From a virus, in the UHGV virus genome UHGV-1376342: a DNA stretch of 37,941 nt; one strand, 5' to 3'. The first letter of the stretch is position 1; every line of letters starts with the position of its first letter. Below the pieces are notes generated by a model. That model saw only the letters and a list, made by a program, of their open reading frames with translations, was not told where the DNA came from and ran no database searches. Of the stretch, positions 33,611 through 37,941 are shown one piece after another. The position numbers and the translations under genes were made by a program.

Positions 33611-34057
33611 CTATAGCTTCACCTGCTTAGTTATAGCGTTACGCACGCCACCCGTGTATTGTTTCGCCTGTACGGTGTCGAGCCGACGGTTGATTGCGTC
33701 CACAATAGCTTCACGGTCGCTAATCTCTGCAAGCATTTGATCCTTGTAGGCTTGTAGCTCTTCCTCGGGCAGGCCGTCAACAACCTCTTGCATTTCAAAC
33801 AGTGTGTCTTGAATTGGCTCAACCTCTACTGCGTCAAAGTCTTCATGCGGCTCTGGGCTGTAACCCTTCATAGTTTCCCGCGGTAGCGCCAGGTTGTCGA
33901 TCATCATGTCGTTGTGTTGCCCGATGTGTTTTTTATATTCTGTCATGCTTTCCTCCGTTTGATGTTTACAGTGCCCGCGCAGGTGATCGCTCAATGTATC
34001 GAACTGCGCCCATTTGTCGTTTGTTTCTTGGTTTAGTTTTGGTGTGTTGTAGTTCAT
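33611..34057 (-). CDS. acidic hypothetical protein
   Basis: 148 aa, SD aaggggaa. Confidence 0.5.
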   Translation of the reverse strand: MNYNTPKLNQETNDKWAQFDTLSDHLRGHCKHQTEESMTEYKKHIGQHNDMMIDNLALPRETMKGYSPEPHEDFDAVEVEPIQDTLFEMQEVVDGLPEEELQAYKDQMLAEISDREAIVDAINRRLDTVQAKQYTGGVRNAITKQVKL

Positions 34058-34095
34058 TTATTCCCCTTTTTTACATTTATTAATGTTGCCTGTTT

Positions 34096-34290
34096 TCACC
34101 GCTTGTCATATGACCAAAGGCGTACTTCTATACCACTGCTATTCACATTTTTTCTCACAATAGTAGAAAATCGGAGCTGATCAAAATTATTAACGGCGTC
34201 GTCAAACTCCTCCCACTTACCTCTATTAAAACTGGGCGGTTCACCACTTACTGCCAATTCTGCGTAATAAAGATTATCTCGATCCATCAT
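34096..34290 (-). CDS. hypothetical protein (64 aa)
   Basis: SD gaagggtgg; ATGATGA overlap with upstream gene. Confidence 0.4.
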   Translation of the reverse strand: MMDRDNLYYAELAVSGEPPSFNRGKWEEFDDAVNNFDQLRFSTIVRKNVNSSGIEVRLWSYDKR

Positions 34291-34472
34291 GCCACCCTTC
34301 CCAGCTCATCTATAATCTGCTCCTTTAGTATATCGATAGCGGCGTATACGAGCGTAATATTATCATCGTCGACACCGTTCTCGAGGAAAGCGCCAACGTT
34401 TTGTGAAAGGTCATCTAGGTCAATCTTGGCGTTTTCAACTAGCTCTTGCACTTTGTATTTAGTTAGTAACAT
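34287..34472 (-). CDS. acidic hypothetical protein (61 aa)
   Basis: Strong SD gaggaggtg. Confidence 0.45.
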   Translation of the reverse strand: MLLTKYKVQELVENAKIDLDDLSQNVGAFLENGVDDDNITLVYAAIDILKEQIIDELGRVA

Positions 34473-34523
34473 TTGTCACCTCCTCTGGCGTCGTATTAAG
34501 TTTTATATATTCGATCCAATTGT

Positions 34524-34796
34524 CTACCATTTCTTTGTGTTGTTTTGGTGTCTGGATTTTGATTTGGTATGACCTCCCTTCCTTTTACCAGCTTTGCTAT
34601 ATGTATAGTCAACAAATACAGACGCGGCAATAATAATAACCAGAAACACAGTGCATGCTTCAGCCATCTTTGTCGCCTCCGGTACGTTCAGTATATCAAG
34701 CGCCCATTTGTAAAAAGCATAAGCCATTCGTATAAGACACAATGTGACCACTGGTGATAATACTGTCAATAGATAACGCAACACTAGTTTACTCAT
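34524..34796 (-). CDS. membrane protein (2-3 TM) with basic C-tail
   Basis: Start at MSKLVL (SD aaaggtgg) rather than track start 34850; hydrophobic helices; overlaps whiB-like stop by 8 nt. Confidence 0.45.
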   Translation of the reverse strand: MSKLVLRYLLTVLSPVVTLCLIRMAYAFYKWALDILNVPEATKMAEACTVFLVIIIAASVFVDYTYSKAGKRKGGHTKSKSRHQNNTKKW

Positions 34797-35052
34797 ACAT
34801 CGCCACCTTTGTTGCCAAAATACCCATACGCTCACGCGGTGTAAGCCCACCTCGCATGCCGTACTCTACGTCGCCCGTCATCAGCGCATCTGCTAGACAC
34901 TCACCCCTTACTGGACACTCTGCACAAATCTTGCGTGCCGCGTTGTAGTTATCGTATCCGTTGTAGTCATCCACGTATGCTTTGTTCTGTGGGAAGAAAG
35001 CTTCCGGGTCTGTTTGTGCACATAGTGCGCTACCTCGCCATTTATCGTGCAT
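34789..35052 (-). CDS. whiB: WhiB-like (Wbl) Fe-S transcription factor
   Basis: Four Cys in Wbl spacing (C..29..C..C.....C) and downstream turn motif YGMRGGLTPRER (Wbl G[V/I]WGG-like turn plus basic tail); start at MHDKW with SD aggggaa (track start 35073 lacks SD). Confidence 0.7.
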   Translation of the reverse strand: MHDKWRGSALCAQTDPEAFFPQNKAYVDDYNGYDNYNAARKICAECPVRGECLADALMTGDVEYGMRGGLTPRERMGILATKVAMYE

Positions 35053-35151
35053 CTGGAAAATTCCCCTCATCATCGTTAATGTTCGTCATATTCATGCCGG
35101 TACAAAATGCTTTTATATCGTCCATACTAATATCATCGTGTGTATCATCTA

Positions 35152-35346
35152 TCATCGCAATCTACCAACCATATATATTTTTATGTCATCAACAAAGGCT
35201 GGCGCATTAATATCACCGTCTTTGCCGTCGTAAAGAACGTCGTTTAAATTCTCTACGAGCCACTTTCTGGTAATCTCCATAATCTCGTCTGCCTTCATGC
35301 CATTATTGGTTGATTTATCTAGAATTTCTAGGATTTTCTGTTTCAT
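35152..35346 (-). CDS. hypothetical protein (64 aa)
   Basis: ATG 35346 with SD aaggatga; track start is TTG. Confidence 0.45.
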   Translation of the reverse strand: MKQKILEILDKSTNNGMKADEIMEITRKWLVENLNDVLYDGKDGDINAPAFVDDIKIYMVGRLR

Positions 35347-35349
35347 CAA

Positions 35350-35583
35350 TTAATCATCCTTGCATGTTACCGCTATTGTGATAAATGAGATTGTCTCAAT
35401 TGCCTTAGAAACTGTCCAAAGTATCATTACTACAGACAGTAGCCCCCACCAAAAACCGTTATCAAAGCCTTTCGCGGTTAATAGCCACGCTGTGAGCGTA
35501 CCCAACACTACCGTGTACATGATACGCGCAAAAGCAACTACAACCATCGCTTTATGATAATCGTTATTATTTTGTTGTTCCAT
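35350..35583 (-). CDS. small membrane protein (two TM)
   Basis: SD gagaggag; hydrophobic helices. Confidence 0.5.
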   Translation of the reverse strand: MEQQNNNDYHKAMVVVAFARIMYTVVLGTLTAWLLTAKGFDNGFWWGLLSVVMILWTVSKAIETISFITIAVTCKDD

Positions 35584-35658
35584 GAGCCTTCTCCTCTCTT
35601 TTGTTTATGTTTTTATTCTAACGCAAGCATTAGCTAAAGTCAACATTTTTACTCAACT

Positions 35659-35928
35659 TTATTTATCTCGTAGTTCCCACCGCCTAATATACCGGCCATT
35701 CATCTCTAACCGTGTACTTCGGCCCCATCCAACACACTCAAAGTCTAACGTGCGGAACACCCCGCCGATAGTGTTGTGGTGTAGGAACTTCGGTAGTGGC
35801 TTTTTCTTGAGCACGTCCTCGATTGTCACATATTGCTGTGTCTTGAGGAGGTGGCGAGCCGTAGCCCGCGCTTCCTCTAGCCATTTGATCTTTTCAACCT
35901 TGAACATATCATTTACTGTGTGTGCCAT
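35659..35928 (-). CDS. hypothetical protein (89 aa)
   Basis: SD aaaggagaa. Confidence 0.5.
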   Translation of the reverse strand: MAHTVNDMFKVEKIKWLEEARATARHLLKTQQYVTIEDVLKKKPLPKFLHHNTIGGVFRTLDFECVGWGRSTRLEMNGRYIRRWELRDK

Positions 35929-35942
35929 GTTTATTCTCCTTT

Positions 35943-37904
35943 CTAGATATATAAGCCTTGTAGGCGCTGTAATGATTTTGCTGCTGGGTCACTGTAGAGC
36001 AGGTCGCCCTTACCCGTAAGGGATTCAGCTCCTACGTCATCCAAGATAATCTTGCTGTTGATAGAGTTTGTGACACTAAAAGCGATCTTGGTTGGTATAT
36101 TTGCCTTGATGAGGCCTGTCACAACGTCTGCTGATGGGCGCTGTGTTGCTAGTATGAGATGTATACCAACCGACCGTGCTTTCTGTGCTAGCCTGATTAT
36201 AGACTCCTCAGCAGAAGGCGGTGTGTTATCGTTGACGCGTTTCACGGCGGCTTTGAGTGCGGCCTTTGTGAGCTTACCACCTGTGAGCGTCACCTCGTCC
36301 AAGATTGCGTCCTTGAGCCCTTCGTAGTCAACATTAGAGAGTGGGTTTTTCTTGCTCGTCATCATAAGATCAGCAAACTCATCCACTACAACTACGATAC
36401 GCGGCATCTCTCCTGGGTAGTCTGCAATGTCTCGGACGCGCTTCTCGCGTAGCTCCTTGTACCGTCGCCCCATCTCCTCTACGAGCCAGTGAAATGTCTC
36501 CGCCGCCTCATTGGGTGAGGTGATAATATCGTTTGCAAGATGATCATCACCCTCGTACATAGCAAGCTCAACCTCTTTAGGATCGATGAGCACGAGCTTC
36601 ATTTTCTCCGGTGTGAGCTGCTTCGTGAGACAGTCCAGGATTACGTTTATCATAACAGACTTACCTGCGCCGGTCTGACCAGCGATCAAGAGGTGAGGTG
36701 TCTTTACAACGTCACAGTAGTGCACCTTGCCGAAGGCGTCCATACCGATAGGAAACTCGAATGTACCAGGCTTGAGGTGTTCATCCGTGAGAGGAACTAC
36801 CTTGCGCTCTTTGTTAGGAATCTCGATACCTACGAGGTTCGTACCAGCGATAGGCGCTTCGATGCGCACAGACTCGCTCTCAAGGGCGATAGCAAGGTCG
36901 CTAGCCTTATCTGCGATACGCTTCATACTCACGCCACGGTTAGGCTGCATCGTGTATTTGACTACCTGTGGCCCTACATATGTCTCGCCCATTTTACCGC
37001 CGATACCAAACTCGATGAGCTTGCGGAGGATCTTCTCCTCGTCTGTGCCTGTACCATCATCGATGACAACGTTCTGTTGCTCAAAGGTATCAGCCACTCG
37101 TACTTGTCGTTTGATCTTGGCGGCGTCAAAGCCTTCTTGCTGGTTGGCGATAATATCCATACTGTTCGCGCCGTTCATCCGATCGTTCATGTTAGGGAAG
37201 AACTTCGACCGGTCATCGTTCACGTACTCAAATACGTTTGTGATGATTTTCTTTGCGATAGGTGCGAAAGCAAGGACGGACTGGCGATCAAAAGCAACAT
37301 CCCGACATTGCGGCGAACCATCTCGGTTGATCGTTTTCTTTATTTCTTTAAATACTACCTCTGTTACTTCCTGATTATATTCCGCTTCTGCTAATACGAG
37401 GTAGATATATGCCTGCATAAGATACTTGTAGCTCTCCTCGTCATCTGGGCTGTAAGCCGTAACTGTCTTGTAATCGATGAGCCGCAGGCCGTTGTCGCGT
37501 ACCACCATGTCAATTACACCTACCATAGGCACATTAGCGATGCTAGCCTCGAGTCGCTTCTCAACGTCTACTACTTCATTGTAATGAGGCGCTTCCTCAA
37601 AGTATTTGTTCACGAGGCGCGTGTAGTCTTGCATCATCTTTTCACGGCTGCCTGTCTTGCCAAAGTCAATCTCGGAGTCGCTTACGTAGCTCATCTCCTC
37701 TAGGCCGGCCTCAATAGCAGCCTGCACATCACCACCATCCTTGTCGTAGTAAGTCTCCATAGCCTTGTGAAAGCTTGTACCTACTACGAGTGATGGTGTT
37801 TTAGGGTTGTCGTAGATCTTTGCTATGTAGCGCTTCTGAAATTCAACCTGGTTATTCAAGAACGTTACAATTGCTGAGTATGACAGGTGATTAACTCTAC
37901 TCAT
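35943..37904 (-). CDS. FtsK/SpoIIIE-family DNA-translocase-like ATPase with ~380-aa N-terminal domain of unknown function
   Basis: 653 aa; Walker A LLIAGQTGAGKS, Walker B IVVVVDEFADLM, GIHLILATQRPS block typical of FtsK/SpoIIIE/TraB ATPases; SD ggagaggag. Confidence 0.8.
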   Translation of the reverse strand: MSRVNHLSYSAIVTFLNNQVEFQKRYIAKIYDNPKTPSLVVGTSFHKAMETYYDKDGGDVQAAIEAGLEEMSYVSDSEIDFGKTGSREKMMQDYTRLVNKYFEEAPHYNEVVDVEKRLEASIANVPMVGVIDMVVRDNGLRLIDYKTVTAYSPDDEESYKYLMQAYIYLVLAEAEYNQEVTEVVFKEIKKTINRDGSPQCRDVAFDRQSVLAFAPIAKKIITNVFEYVNDDRSKFFPNMNDRMNGANSMDIIANQQEGFDAAKIKRQVRVADTFEQQNVVIDDGTGTDEEKILRKLIEFGIGGKMGETYVGPQVVKYTMQPNRGVSMKRIADKASDLAIALESESVRIEAPIAGTNLVGIEIPNKERKVVPLTDEHLKPGTFEFPIGMDAFGKVHYCDVVKTPHLLIAGQTGAGKSVMINVILDCLTKQLTPEKMKLVLIDPKEVELAMYEGDDHLANDIITSPNEAAETFHWLVEEMGRRYKELREKRVRDIADYPGEMPRIVVVVDEFADLMMTSKKNPLSNVDYEGLKDAILDEVTLTGGKLTKAALKAAVKRVNDNTPPSAEESIIRLAQKARSVGIHLILATQRPSADVVTGLIKANIPTKIAFSVTNSINSKIILDDVGAESLTGKGDLLYSDPAAKSLQRLQGLYI

Positions 37905-37941
37905 CGTCGTTCTCCTCTCCGTTGTTAGCGTTAGCGGTTAA
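37897..37941 (-). CDS. 3' end of an upstream leftward gene (partial, 14 codons + stop)
   Basis: Frame open from window edge to TAG at 37897-37899 overlapping FtsK-like start; acidic C-terminus ...NNGEENDDE. Confidence 0.25.
   Translation of the reverse strand, partial: LTANANNGEENDDE

Noticed and set aside
36540-37394. Large plus-strand ORFs 36540-37394 and 36727-37374
   Set aside because: They are entirely antisense to the well-supported FtsK-like gene. They have no Shine-Dalgarno sequence, and their Leu/Arg/Ser-rich translations are characteristic of reverse-frame artefacts.
1-37941. Integrase, excisionase or transposase genes and attachment sites
   Set aside because: No tyrosine- or serine-recombinase-like ORF, and no DDE transposase, was recognised on either strand. 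Their absence is reported as an observation, not a feature.

Overview
The window reads as a near-complete genome, or one large arm, of a tailed dsDNA phage. It is organised as two opposed transcription blocks separated by a control region at ~633-935. Terminal circularity cannot be checked from one window. No rRNA, tRNA, CRISPR array, integrase or transposase was recognised.

Control region (~633-935): three 22-bp tandem iteron-like repeats (736-801), each containing a small dyad, flanked by divergent sigma70-like promoters.

Rightward block (903 to 29760, + strand):
- wHTH replication-initiator-like genes.
- A cluster of about 10 small genes, 5 of which form a divergent paralogous family.
- TerS-like and TerL genes, the portal, and an acidic scaffold-like protein.
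- A lysis cassette: a tail-anchored membrane protein, an N-anchored collagen-like Cys-repeat protein, a PGRP/Amidase_2 endolysin with a duplicated C-terminal repeat, and a holin.
- A tail fibre with a collar domain, several virion proteins including two tandem paralogous pairs, and Gly-rich and repeat-containing putative ejection proteins.
- A codon-optimised major-capsid candidate at the far end, followed by a terminator and a strong promoter.
- A signal-anchor protein and a transglycosylase-like (Rpf/SLT-like) domain that may be fused by -1 frameshifting at G_GGA_AAA.

Leftward block (37941 to 29795, plus the RecT-like gene 633 to 1 at the window start, - strand):
- An FtsK/SpoIIIE-like ATPase with a large N-terminal extension.
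- A WhiB-like Fe-S regulator.
- A VRR-NUC nuclease and a KGG-repeat protein.
- A monocistronic 159-aa gene with its own promoter and terminator.
- A complete groES-groEL-like operon followed by two small membrane/secreted genes.

The WhiB-like protein, the Rpf-like domain and a probable leaderless promoter point to an actinobacterial host. This is inference only.

Several strong promoters share a conserved -10/leader module, with core CATAAGCAAGAGAGGAG plus a strong Shine-Dalgarno sequence. The rho-independent terminators share a GGTGGGG stem family, and two of them are followed by the identical 13-mer TCTTGTTGTAAAT.
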